NCBI GenBank assembly: GCA_000708835.1
Contig: DF237487.1
Span: forward strand, 1-59,672
DNA: 59,672 nt
Source of the DNA: Klebsormidium nitens
Lineage: Eukaryota; Plantae; Klebsormidiophyceae
Reading direction: 5' to 3'
Of the stretch, positions 24,630 through 37,500 are shown piece by piece. Positions within the stretch are counted from its first letter, which is position 1; every line of letters starts with the position of its first letter. Made by a program: the position numbers and the translations under genes. Below the pieces are notes generated by a model. The model had not been told where the DNA came from. It searched no databases and saw only the letters and a list, made by a program, of their open reading frames with translations.

Positions 24630-25575
24630 GCGGGCCCCATTAGCAGCCGCAGGCCCTTCCTCCAGCTCAAACTTCACGCCACTCAGAGTCAGAAGCTGAG
24701 ATCCTCGGAGTGGCCAGCGTGCCAGAGGGGATGCAAGAATCATAAGCTATGGGCGCCGAGTACGGGTGTCAGGAGTCAGGAGTCAGGACAGCGCGGTACA
24801 CTGTACTACCGTTCGGTAAGCACGGCACGTAGCGTCCAAGGTACCGAATAGGTACAGGAGCTTCTGATCTTCTGAAATCGTCTGTCAGCCGTCCCCTTCA
24901 GGATCCGACGGCGCCCATGCAGTAGACATCGGATGTCAGTACTTTCCATCATGACCGCATCTGAGATTCTCGGGTGTCAGCGGATTTAACGGTCCCTGCC
25001 AGCAACTTATGCTAGGGAGCAGTAAATGCACTTGGGTCCGTATACCGTACGCCGGAAAGCCAGTAAGTTGGTCCGAGATACCTATAGGAACGCCGGAGCT
25101 GCTTCATGCGTTTTCAAACTCGACGCAGTGACATGCATGTGGCACCATCCGGATCGCCGCCTTGGCGGCAAGGCCCGGCCAAACTCTTGTGGTTTTCAAA
25201 AGAGCTGCACTGCAGTCGATCGCGTTAGTATTGTGATCCGGCCGTTGGCCTGGCTTGACCATCTGCCGCTATTATTTGGCTAGCCTAGCCTGGTCATGCA
25301 ATCTGTCAAGCTAGGCTAGGGCCGGATCGACTGAGAAATCCTTGAGGGTTCGAGCTGACGTCGCTCAAGCGTTCCAGAGCAGGCGGCCAAAGTCACCCGG
25401 CTTCAATCACGGCCTTAATCGTCTTTTCTAGTAGAGAGGGAAACGATCCGGCATGCCGTAACAGCGCGAAAACAACAATATGTTGTCCAATCATTTCGCG
25501 AGATCCCAAGCAATGATCTCATGCTCATATTCAAGGCAATGTCCGTCCAAGCTGACCGTCGTGCACTTGCGTTGA

Positions 25576-28500
25576 TTAGTCCAAAAGCATCGTGCTAGAA
25601 CCTCCCTCAAGCCCGCCCCCTTCGCTACCAGACCCAAACGCCACGGCATCGAGCATCACCTCTGCTGCTGCTGCGAAACTAGCGTGCTTTGACAGCATTG
25701 CTTGTACCGACCACTGCTGGTTCCCATCTCCGCTTCTCAAAGGCATTACTTCCGTCATTGAGTAGCTTCCATCCCGAGCGTATAAGTTTGCGGCCGCCGA
25801 GCAGAGCACCGTCTTCTGTAACTCTTCGAGGTACATGGCGTCACTCCATCCCTGGAACACGAGGCACGGGGCGATTGATGTCAGTGGAAATCGGCAACGG
25901 ACTGTCTGAGCAAGTCCTATCCATTGAAAGAGACGTTGGTTTTTCGAAGTCGAGCAAGCGGCCAGTGCTCCACCAATCCGAAAGCAAGGCTTCCTACCAC
26001 TCTTGCCGAATTCAAGTGCGGGCCAGGGGCTTTATCCCTTTGCAAATGCCCCAACTAACGAAAGATGTTCTGAGACTCCTGAGGGTCCCGGAACGCGCAC
26101 GTGGCGCGATCTGAAAGTGCGCTTTCGAAGCTGTATCAAGTAGCCCTCTCGTGCATGATACAGTGTTCTCAGAAAAGCTCTCATTGTTCTCCTTGAAAGA
26201 CCGTTTTGAAGACCCGCTGTATCTTAGAACTTCAGTATGGTGAAGCACATATCCCAATGTCAAGGGGAGGACAGATCGTGTCTTCCAAACGCTTAAAGCT
26301 GACTTGACAAACGACCGCGAACACACCAAATGAGGCCACTTATCTCTTTGTCGGCAGCTCCAAGGCAAAATGAGAAGAAAAGTCTTCCATGCCTTCCTCC
26401 AATCAACGACATAAGCCGTTTCTTCCAAAAGCCACGTTCCACTAGCTTCGTCTCGGGAAAGAGTTTGACAATCTAACAACAAGAGTATTGCTCTGCAAGC
26501 CCCAGATGTTGGGAGGCAGAGCGGACGGCTGTAAGAACTTTTGGTAAGGCATTGGAAGCAACAAGTTCATCAACCAGTAGACACGGGTCTTCCCACACAC
26601 GCATGATAAAAGTCGAACTGCAATCATGGGCTTACCTCGCTGACGTAAGCTTTTTGAAATGCCAGCCAATCGTCCAAGCTGGCCGCCTTAAGCCAGGCCC
26701 TCTCGACCAGTGCCCGGTTCTCCGCAACGAACGACGGCCCTGCCAGAGAGAATGCCTCGAAAGCGGCCGGTACTACCCCCCGGTCGCCTTTTAGAAGCTC
26801 TTCAATGAGTTGCGCGGGGGGGAGGGGGCGCCCGGAAGACACGCCGTGTTCCACCTGAGGAGCAATTTAGGATTACGGTTTTGTGGTGTACTTCCTGGTT
26901 CAGGGAGAACGCCCGGGACGATTCCCCGGTCGCCTTTGAGAGGCTCCTCAACGAGTTGCGCGGGGGAAAGGGGGCGCCCGGGACAAACTCCGTTTCCCAC
27001 CTGAGAATCAGATTCTCAGGGGTTTATCTTTCAGAGAATTTGAGACTGAACAATTCCTTCTCGGCCAGTGAGAACGCCTCGAGAGCGGCCGGTACAACCC
27101 CCCGGTCGCCCTTGAGGAGCTCCTCGACGAGTTGCGCGGGAGGAAGGGGACGCCCGGAACACACGCCGTTTCCACCTGGGGAGCTTTTGACGGTTTTAGG
27201 ACGTTGCTTGGGATTCTGGGGGCCCTTAACCGGGCCAGCTTCTACCTCCATAAAACCTTAAGAAGGGCAACAAACGTCACACGGAGAATCAGGAGCAGAT
27301 TGTTAAAAAAACCCAAAACTTGACGCTTACCTGCAGATCGATAAGCCCTATTCGCCGGTCCAATGTATCCAAAAGTGCCTCCGTTTTCGCAGTTCTAGGC
27401 GCCGCCAGCCTGGCCAGCTTTTCCACGCACAGCTGGAGCCGGAGCTGCGCTTCGGACACGGACGGCAGCTCCTCGGTGCCGCTGATCGACGCCAGAGTGT
27501 CCGCAGCGTCCGAGAACTCCTGCTGTCCAACTGCAAAGGGCGAAGCTCCCTCGAATCCTCTTCCTAGTAGTTTTGTGGTCTCTGACTGATTTTCTCCGGG
27601 TATCTTTCCAAACCGATGGCAGCTCGTCGGTGTCGTTTAAGTGTCCGCAGCGCCCGCATATGTTCTGGCCATTAGCAAAAAGCATTGTCTCCTCACATGT
27701 TCACCTTCATTCCGCTGAATAAAACTTCCTCATAAACGGAGGGCCGCTGACGGTAGACAAGTCCGAACCTTTTTAAGAAGTCTACTGCACGACTGAAGAG
27801 TTCGCATCAATATTCGATAAGGCAACTCTTCATGAACTGTGCATCCGGGAAAAGGATGGCTCAGCCTCGGACATTGCGGTTATATCCATCATCCGTATAG
27901 TTAGATTTTCCAGACTGTAGGTGTGACCAGCAATCATGTTCTTTTGACTGAGAGATCCTCCAAAGTTCACGCCAAAAAGAGTGTCATGGCAAGCCTCACT
28001 TTCGTGGAGCCACCGTAGCCGCGGCCGCCCCTCCAAGAAGCGCCCGAGCTCCCTCCCAAACCCTTGGTCGCCAAACCGCAAAAGCCGCGACTCCTCTCTC
28101 TGCGCTAAGCACCGCTCGAAGACGAACAGCGAGAAGCGGCCTTCAGACGCGGCGGGGGGGTCGGCCTTCATGTAGTCCAGCAGTCGGGCATCGTCCCCCC
28201 GGTCCTCGCAAATGTCGGCTAATACCTGCAGAGGGGGGTTGCTTATCTGGTGATGGAAGGGTAACGAATTCCTCTAGGCAACTTCCGCTTGGTAAACATG
28301 ATTCTGGAGTACCAAGTGAGCCTTTAATGAACCAACTTGGTTACACATGCGGTACGACTGGTAGCGACCGCATGACTTTGTTGGATGTAGAGTCGACAGT
28401 TGCGGCAGAAAAGGGAAAGAGGGCGTCAAGGGACCGGTCACCCTAAGCGACGGTCTGGCCGCGACTCCGCTCTAAGTGTCCCCCAAAAATCACGTGGTCC

Positions 28501-31500
28501 TAAGTTCGCAGCAACAACCAACAACACCTCAGTCTTTGCGCTGGACTGTGTGCCTAGATGAATTTCCGTTAGTAAGCTCTCCTACCGCCCTCTCGCAAGC
28601 TCGTCTCAATGCAGCCGTGCTTTTTGGCGGCTGCCGCCAGCTATAGATACTACAAGCATCTAGGCCCTTTCATTCTAAACAAGCCTGCCATACAAATGGT
28701 AGCATACGCAAGCCTTCATTCGAATCGAAATTCATGGAAGATTAGAGAGAGCAAGCTCACCTCGAAGCAGCCGTGCTTTTTGGCGACCGCCGCAAGGTAC
28801 GCGTACTCGCGGGTGGTCGCCCGGGCCCTCTCGACCTCTGATCCCGGCCCCGATTGGTCTCCGCCAGGGACAGCTGTCGCCGCGCCACGGACGAAGTGCA
28901 GCTGCGCGCGGAGGAGGACGTCCCGACGCGCAGCATACTCCTGCGAATAGACACGTGGCTTGTTTTGAGGGGGTATCATTTGGCGGAACACCGGAGGGAC
29001 TGTCGTACTTACGAAGTTAGAGTGGAAGAGTCGCCGTGAATCGACGACTGCGAAGGATCTGGTGACGTCGGGGTATGCTCATGTGGAGTCTAACGAACGG
29101 CTCACGTGCTGGCGGCAAGCTGACGCTTAAAGAGGGCGTCAGATTTCAAGGAACACTCGTGCGTCTGAGTCCTGAAGGAAATTCTCATCTGACGGACCAG
29201 GTTCCATCTCAAGAACTGTCTCCAGCGACCAACTTGGCTCTGTGGGCACTTTGCTGGTCGCCGAGGGGGAACCGGTAGCCCCCGACGCCCTCTTTAAGCT
29301 GACGTCTCCTCCTGTTTATGGGTGAGCGTGTCACCCTTCCCTCGTGACATGGCAGAGACCTTCTTTCACACAGTACGGCCTCTTTCCTTCTATGATGCTG
29401 GAGAAGCACTCCCTTGTGCTTCCGGCAAAAGTTTCACAGAACGGCAGACTAGTCCAGAATATGACGTCGCGCTGCCCTTTTCCCGTGACATTCAGAAGAG
29501 TTTCACAGGAGCAAAAGACTTATGAGGACGTCAAAATCTGCGAGTTCTACCAAAACGCGGAAACCCCTCACCTTCCGCGCCCCGATGACGTCAGCCCTCC
29601 CCCCGGCTTGCAGCGTGGCCTCGAGCGACTCTCTGTGGCCGTCCAGCAGCATCTCCCCGAGCGATCTCAGCCGTTGATTGATCAGGGGCACCAGGGAGGG
29701 GTTCGAGGACGCCGCTCTAGTTTGGACGTCCGAAGCGAGGCGGCAGAGCGTCCAGAGGCCGTCCAAAACTGGGGGAGAAGCGGTCCAGGGAAGACCCGGG
29801 ATTGATTCGAAACTGCAAATACGATGGATGGAGAAAGGGTCTCAATGCAAGCGTGAGCGACCAAAAACCCTACTTAAGCCCATTCAAACTTGGAGAGGAG
29901 TTGGGCGAGAAAAGAACCGGGCTGTAGCCGGAAGTGCGATTAAAAAAGCTGTTGACTCAGGAAACAAGTCGAGGCAATGCGGACTTGTCCAAAACGCCGC
30001 GGAACAATCCAGGGCCCAAGGCAGATACTGCCTACAGAAGTCGTACGCAGCTCAGAGGGGTGAAGGCAGTCCTTTTCAAAACGGAGCTTGACACAGGGAA
30101 GTCTGAAAGGGCCGTCCGAAATAAAGGGCAAAGGAACCAAGAAGCATCAGGGGGCTGGAGCAACCATACGCGAGGATCAATTTAAAGATGTCAATCTCAA
30201 CCATCACAGACGTCACACAGTTTCAACGACCGCAGAATGCTGGAAATCAGGATGGAGGATAAAGCGAATGTGTCACCTGCTTGCGTGCGCGTCTCTGGTC
30301 TTTCTCGCCGCCTCCACGACCCGCCCCGCAGCGTCCATCAGCTCGCACACCCGCTCCGCCTGGAGCCGCAGCGGCGCCTGGCTGACGTCAGCGAAGCAGG
30401 CGGCGGCGGCGTGTGACGTCAGGCTCGAGAAGAAGCTGCAACGAAAACGAGGAAGTTAGGGTTGTAGTACACTAAAGCAGGTGCTTGATGGTGACTCAAA
30501 AGACGGAGCGGTGCTTATGCGATTGAAGGACGTTGTAATCGTTGGATATGGAAAAACGCCGTACAAGCCTCTGTCAGAGCTCTTTCAGTGGGGACCGCTC
30601 GATGGAAAAAGGCGCAAGTAATCAACCCCCATAGAGTTCAGTGGGCACTCTCAATCTAGGGCATGTAACGTCAGCACGCAGCTCCCTCTTCACAAGGTTC
30701 CAGACTTAAGAATTCTCAAAACACGTGCTGAAAGGGTCATTGGAAAACGCCGAAAACGACGAGACAACGGCGTTTTCTTGAGAAATCGAATAATCAGATG
30801 AAGAGTACCGACGAGGTACAACTGTCGAAGTGCTGAAGAGCGGAGTGGTACATGGGCACTGCACAACCGACTTCGTAGTGTAACCAACAATCGACGACGA
30901 TTTGAGCATTTCATCTCCAGAGTCGACTGATGATGCTGGCTGGCTCGAGCTGACCGACGAAACCTCTGACACAATGAAGCCGGTTTCTAGAAAGTTCCCT
31001 CAGCCTACAAGTGGAAACGAGAGTGCCCAGACCGGTAACGCTGTGGCTAGCTCGTGTTCACACGTCATTGTTGACAAGTTGCCAATTCTTGTATTCCCAG
31101 CCAGCAAATAACAGTGCAAGCTGCTCGACAGACCCCCAGCGCAAAGAACCAATCAAACAACAGAGGAAGAATTCAAAAGGATGCAGCAAATCACGTCACA
31201 GCCTTCTTGGATGGAGCACATGGCGAGGTGGTACGTAAAGACACGCTGTCTTTACTTCATAGTCTCACGTTGACAAAGTCTGGTCGAGTTTGATGATGCG
31301 ACTTGCTGGCGTCGTGAGAGGCACACCCGAAAGCTACATTTGCACCAAAGCGATTGGAGAGACTATATTCCAAGACGCAGAAACAGACCCTCATCCACCA
31401 AAGGCTCAGGGACCCGTCATGGGTGCAACGGTGACGTATTGCTTGAAGACTTCGTAAGATGCATCGAGTGGATCATGCGTAGAGACGTACGATGCAAAAG

Positions 31501-34500
31501 ACGCAACCGTTTGAACGCAGTGGAAGACGTCCAACCGGAGAAGGCAAAAGGAGCATCCCGCAACAGTGGTAAATCACGTCTTACAGATTTGACATTTAAA
31601 GGGCTGGCTCAAGGAGCACACACATCCAAAACGACGACGTCTTAGCGCTCCAAACCGACTCTCCGACAGAAGAAACAGGCGAAGCTAAACATAACGGCGG
31701 CTTTCTTGATGAGGTCGGAGTTCTAAATGATTGGAAAAAAGTAGGTCAGCCTTGACGCAAAAAGTGGTTCTGTAGCCACGCGTTGAAAAATGACGACAAT
31801 GTCAAATTTCGCGAGCCCATCATTACCATTGACCATCTCAAATCCACGTGAGTGCAACGTGCATTGAGAAGGAAGCAGCAGAGGGCAATCTGAAACCAAA
31901 GCAACTTGTACCTGATCCTTTGTCCCTCGGCCCTCAGGAACTGGAAAGGGCAAGTGTTACAGTGCCAGACGCTGACAGTTACGCACAAAAGAACCTTCTT
32001 ACAGTGCCCCGAACTGTGATCCAAGCTTGCGACGGCACACCTTAGATCCAAGTCGACATACATCGAGTGGCCCTCAAACCAGATTGTTTGTTGAATAGAA
32101 CATCTCGTGAAGAGAATTACGCTTAATCGTTCGCGGAAGCAGGTCCGTGCACATGAAGATGCTCGAACACAAGACACCTGGCTCAATCGTAGACCTGCGC
32201 CTGATGTGGCGAAAAAGCTGCCAGTAGACCATCAATGCCAATCGAGCGCCTCATGCTTGCCTTCTCCCTAAAGACGTCGGTGAACTGCACGCATTCTTCC
32301 TGCTTGCAGATGCGAAGGCTCCGCCACTAGACGACAAGCCATTTAGTTGCTTCTGAAGAAACGAGGGATAATAAGAGAAGACTGAAAAAGAACAGACAAC
32401 TTGATGATTCTCTAAGCACGTGACTTTGCAAGCGAGTCTCTCGTTGGAATGTCAAATATCACAAAAGGCACGACATACGTGCTCAAACGGCGCCACCCTA
32501 GCAGAACGAGACAACAGCACTTCACAAAACCATTGCAAGTGGACAAGGGGTACCGAAAAGAGGTACGGCGTCGGCAGCGGCGCACCCCGGAAATGTGCCC
32601 GGAACGTCAGACAAATAAACTCAAGATGAAAGAAAGATTTTGGAATTCTCGAGAGATCAGCTTCTTTGTGAAACGACGCTGTTGACTGGCTCGAGCTCAT
32701 GAATGAGGCGTCTGACACGGCTGAGAAGCTTTCCGTCCACCTACGCATGACAGCAAGAACTTTTCAATTCGATGAGACTGTGGCTGGCTGGCTGGCTGGC
32801 TGGCTCAAACGGCTCAAATCATCAAGGCACTACTGGCAACATTGTCATAGTTTACATTCACGGCCAGCACACATTGATACGAGCTACTGCCCTGTTCAAC
32901 AGAGCTACATCGTAGAGTAACCAACCCATTACAAAAGCAAAATTGCATCCCGGTCTTGTCGGATCCTAGCCAACCAGTCTTATCGTGGCCACATCCGAAC
33001 CATGACACGTAATCTTCAGTCCATGTTCTGAGACCGACAACCACTCTTGTGAGTCCTTGAAGTCTCGCTGGCTTAAATGTCAGTAAGAGAGGCAGATCAG
33101 GAAGAGACGCCTGCACCAAAACGCTTAATGTGTTGCAGTTGGCAGCGGTTCCAATCAAGCAGCAATCAGTACGAGTAATTTTTTCGAACAGTAGTCGCCC
33201 AGCATAGCTGTAACTCGACAGTGACTTTTAGTACGTAAGCAGACCAAACGCTTTCCAGAACGTAGTTCAGGAGCGATCCTACACAACTCGACACGGTCGT
33301 CGAGTGGTTCGCGCCATCATGACTCAGCATAACAAGCAGAAGCACCAGTATTCGAACGTTACTAATAAGAAGTAGTGAGTGGTAGTGGCGACCATCGAAA
33401 AGCGTCAAATGAGCCCTAGTTCAACCTGCGATGCTGCTTTTGAGCATGACTTGCACTACCAGCGCTGCAGGAACCCCTTTGAGGCCAAATAGCGTCAGAA
33501 GCACAAGAAGACTGTTGCCGAAAAGGCGGCAAGTCGGACGTTGTCGTACTTTCAGGGCAGCTCTCACGACCACTTTCCATGATTCACCCGGGAACGCGCG
33601 ATTGTGCAAGCTGCGAAGTACCAAGGCCACCACACAAGCGAAAGCAACGTCGTCATTGCAGTCATTGGGTTTGCAGATTACAGCAGATCAGGTAGGCGCG
33701 CAACTGTGCAAGCCTCTCATAGGAGATTCTTGACTCTTGCTCAGGAACATAGAAGCACAACATCGGATCCGTATGGGGCTCAGCGCAAAGCCCGAATGCA
33801 TCTGGCGAGAAACCAAAGCTTCGACGAACATCCTTTCCTCGTCAAGCTCCAACACTCAATTTCTTTTTTGGGTTCTTGACAACATCAGCAGGCGGTGCAA
33901 GAGGGACAATGGGAGCAGACAACTCCAAGATCTGAGTACGATGCATTTCAAAGGGCCTCAATAAACTCCTCGCTCTGTGACGTGCATGACGTCAAAAACA
34001 GGCTCGTCACAGCCCTGGTACCTGCTAAAGAGGTTGTGCCGGACTTGGAACCGCGACCTGAAATTTTGCTCCTCTGATCAAGCGCTGCCCCCTTATGCTG
34101 AGATAAGCGAACCACGACGTCAAACCTCCTTTACCAGAAGCTACTACAAGCAATAGGTCCACAGCAAGAGATGCGAACCCGGTGCGGGCTCAGGTACGCC
34201 AACGGTCTATACTAACGTATGACTTATGTCAGCTTCAACAACTCTCCACCGCCTCTTGTGAAATTTGAGGTGGACCGAACAGATTATACACCAGCCAGCG
34301 GTGGGATAGGCGGATGATGTACTTTCGAGTAGAAGACGCAGTTGCGTGGACGTGGCCGCAGACGACAAGGTGGAGAATGTAGAAGTAGCACCCCCAAATC
34401 CCGTAAAAGCACAAATCTACGAAGGTTACAGAACAAGGTGACAAGCTTAAGAAGCGCGCTCATACAAAAACCGTGGCCAGTCTAAGTGCTTCGAAGAAGT

Positions 34501-37500
34501 TCCTCTGGCAGAAGGCGGCAACCGAAGCTGACCAAAGAGCTTGGCAATCAGGACAAAACCCAGATTAAGGCGTCTGGCTCAAAGACACCCAACTTTGCGC
34601 GCACGGTCCTGATTTCACACAACGAGGCCAGCTTTCATTTGCAATTACAAGCGGTAGCCTCCCAAACTGCAGCAGTATGCCAGGACAAAAGAAACAGTCG
34701 CTCCTGACCGGGCAAGAGGCCACGTTGTGAGGCAGGAAAGGACGCTATGAACCATGTACCAGATACGGGCGGGAGTCTTCATCCAAGAAATGCAAGAAAA
34801 CTTTGCACACCACGCAATTTCTCAAACTCATGGTTCAGGCCCAAGAATTTGCCACTGACAACCTGCCAACAATCAGGCCCATCATGATCGACCATCGCCA
34901 ACAAGACCAATAGCAAACCTTGAATCGAGCAGGCGTTTAATACATTCTCAGGTGCCGCGCTAAAAACTGGGCTAAGGTTGTGCATCAGTGCTAGCATTGC
35001 ACAATAATCAGTAAACGCGGCCTTCGACGTTTAATCAGGCATCCGAGACAGAAGCAACCTTCTGGATATGGTGAACCAGAAGAAGAGCGCTTTGAGCTTT
35101 CTTTCCTCCTCTGCGAGGGGCACTTGACCTCGTTGTCGCAATCATACGTGATTTATAGATCAATTTGGGATTCGGAATACACTTCTAGACCGGAGGCTCA
35201 AGACAACGTGATCCCATCTGACGAAATTGACGTCAGAGGCACATCCCTCACAGCCCGACCCCCAGTTTGGAGGACGTCAAGTCATAATTATCGCGACACA
35301 GTAACACGTAGGTCCTGTTTCAAGTTCGTGCAAATTTTTGAGGATACCAAGACGAGCCACCTTCACGCCGCACCCTTTATCAGTAATCTACTCAAGCCAC
35401 GGATTGAGTCGGAAGTTTAAGTAACAGTGTTGAGAGGACCAGGCTTCCGTGGCGCTCACAGTGACCCAATACTGTTATCAAACCCTCAGGTCTATCACTA
35501 CCAAAATTTTGAGGATCGGACTTGCAGCCACCATTTACGTCATCTGACTGTCCCTTCAAAAATTGATCAGTGAGCGCCAAAAGCCGGTGCACTCCAGAGC
35601 ACTGGACAACACTCCACTCGAAGTCGAGCGCAATCGCCTACATTGCTTGTGAATCAAAGTTTGCTGCTATCCAGAAGGTTGGAACCAACTCATGCTTCCA
35701 AAGGTCATGCCTTTGAATCAAGATGGCCAACCGGAGCCCACCAAGCACCTGTTGCTCGCTTTCATAATAGTCGAGTCTGAGATTATCTGGTGACGCTGTA
35801 ATTGGCGACTGCTTCGGTGATTGCACCAAATACCAACGTTTAACAGGGCCGTCCTTGCCACAGAAGTAGGCCGCAACGAGAACCACATTGGGGACCGGAA
35901 ATTTGCCTTGCCGGTCAAGGCGACAAGGATGGAACTTGCAAAAAGGAACGCATCCGTCATTAGACCCGCTTTACTGCCAAGCAGACGGAGTCACACGCTG
36001 CAAACCTTACTGACCGCCAAACGCCAACAGGGGCAGCTGCTCACAAGCGATTTTGTAAGGTTCTTCGTTTAGTGTTGAGCAGCAAAGTATGGAGCTGATC
36101 CGCCAGGGCAATGCTCACGCACAAAAGGCATCAAAAAGTACATCGTGAAGTTCTGAGGCTCCGTTCACGACAATTTCAGCTGCGCAGGCTCAGGGGAGTC
36201 TCAAAGAAAGCAAAGTAGCCTTGTGCGTTTCATGCGAACAGGCTTGGCGGCGTCAACCGGTTCTTTACTGCCCGGTCAGAAGGACTGTAGCCTGAAGACG
36301 TTTTGGGGCGGGGGCTTACAGCTCGGCGTAGTATGACGAATTTCGTCAATCAAAATAAAAAAGCAGCCCCATCATGGCCCTTGACGTGGTGACAAAGCAT
36401 GCTTTTATGCTGAAAAAAGTGCCACCACTGTGCCAAAGCACAGTGCACATCTACCAGAAAGTATGAATCTGCAAATGGATACAAACGTGCACAGAGACCG
36501 ACAACGTGGGGAGCCACTCTATAGAAGCGGTGAACAGATACGAGAACTTGACAACGTTTAAGCAAACGGGCAGGAGTACTGCAGGAGTGCGGGTTGTACC
36601 CGCAACCGCCGAGAATATCGCCGTGCTTTTCGTCCTTCTTGACCAGGTATGGCCAGGTACCATACGCTAGTGGAGCAAAATGTCGAGCGCGTTGGATATG
36701 CAGCCGGATAGCCTCAATATACGGAAGGTTCGGCACTTTTCGAAGTACCTTGGATGATGATGAGAACCTACGTGACAAGATACTAAGCCAGTAGAGCTAA
36801 GCGAAAAGCCCTTACTCTTCCAGGCTCGAGACCCTAGTGTAGAACACCTCCACGCTGTCCCTTCCGCTGAGCGCCACGTGTCGCCTCAAGCCGCGCTCCC
36901 CCGCCGCCCTTACGACCGTCAGCGTGGCCTGTCCGGGGTCCGTTTCGGATGGTGTGAATGGGCCGGGTGCGGACTGCTGAGCGAAGTCGGACGCAGCGTT
37001 TTGGAACTCGCGCAGGGCCACGGCGGAGGCGATCTTTTCCGAATGCTCGAGGATCGCCGTGAGAGCTGGCAAGAGGGGTTTTGTTTGTTTCAGGACTCTC
37101 GACTTGTGCTGATGAGCCCTTTCACATGTTGGTGCTCGCGCAGAGGTCGGTAAGCTGTTAAAAACAAGCACCCCCAGATTGAACACAAACTCCCAAGAGT
37201 AACGGTAACAACTTCAACAAGCTCCGAAGAAAGGGGGCATTCTCACTGCTGATGTTCTGAGGCTCATCTGCCACCCCTAGTGTGAATACAAACTCCCAAG
37301 AGTAACAGTAAGAGCTTTAGTAAGCCTCAAAGAAAAGGGCTATTCTCATCGCTGGTGTTCTGCAGCTCATTTCTCACTCTGAAAATGAACTTCCAAGTTT
37401 GATATGTATACGAACTCCCAAGTGTAACGGTAGGAGCTTCTCAGTGAGCTCCAAAAAAAAGGGGTATTCTCACCGCTGGTGCTTCGCAGCTCATCTACCA

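Noticed and set aside
36350-36778. HHVKGHD...RIS as a Tet/JBP 2OG-dioxygenase motif
   Set aside because: No true HxD; the region fits better as the N-terminus of the PolB relic.
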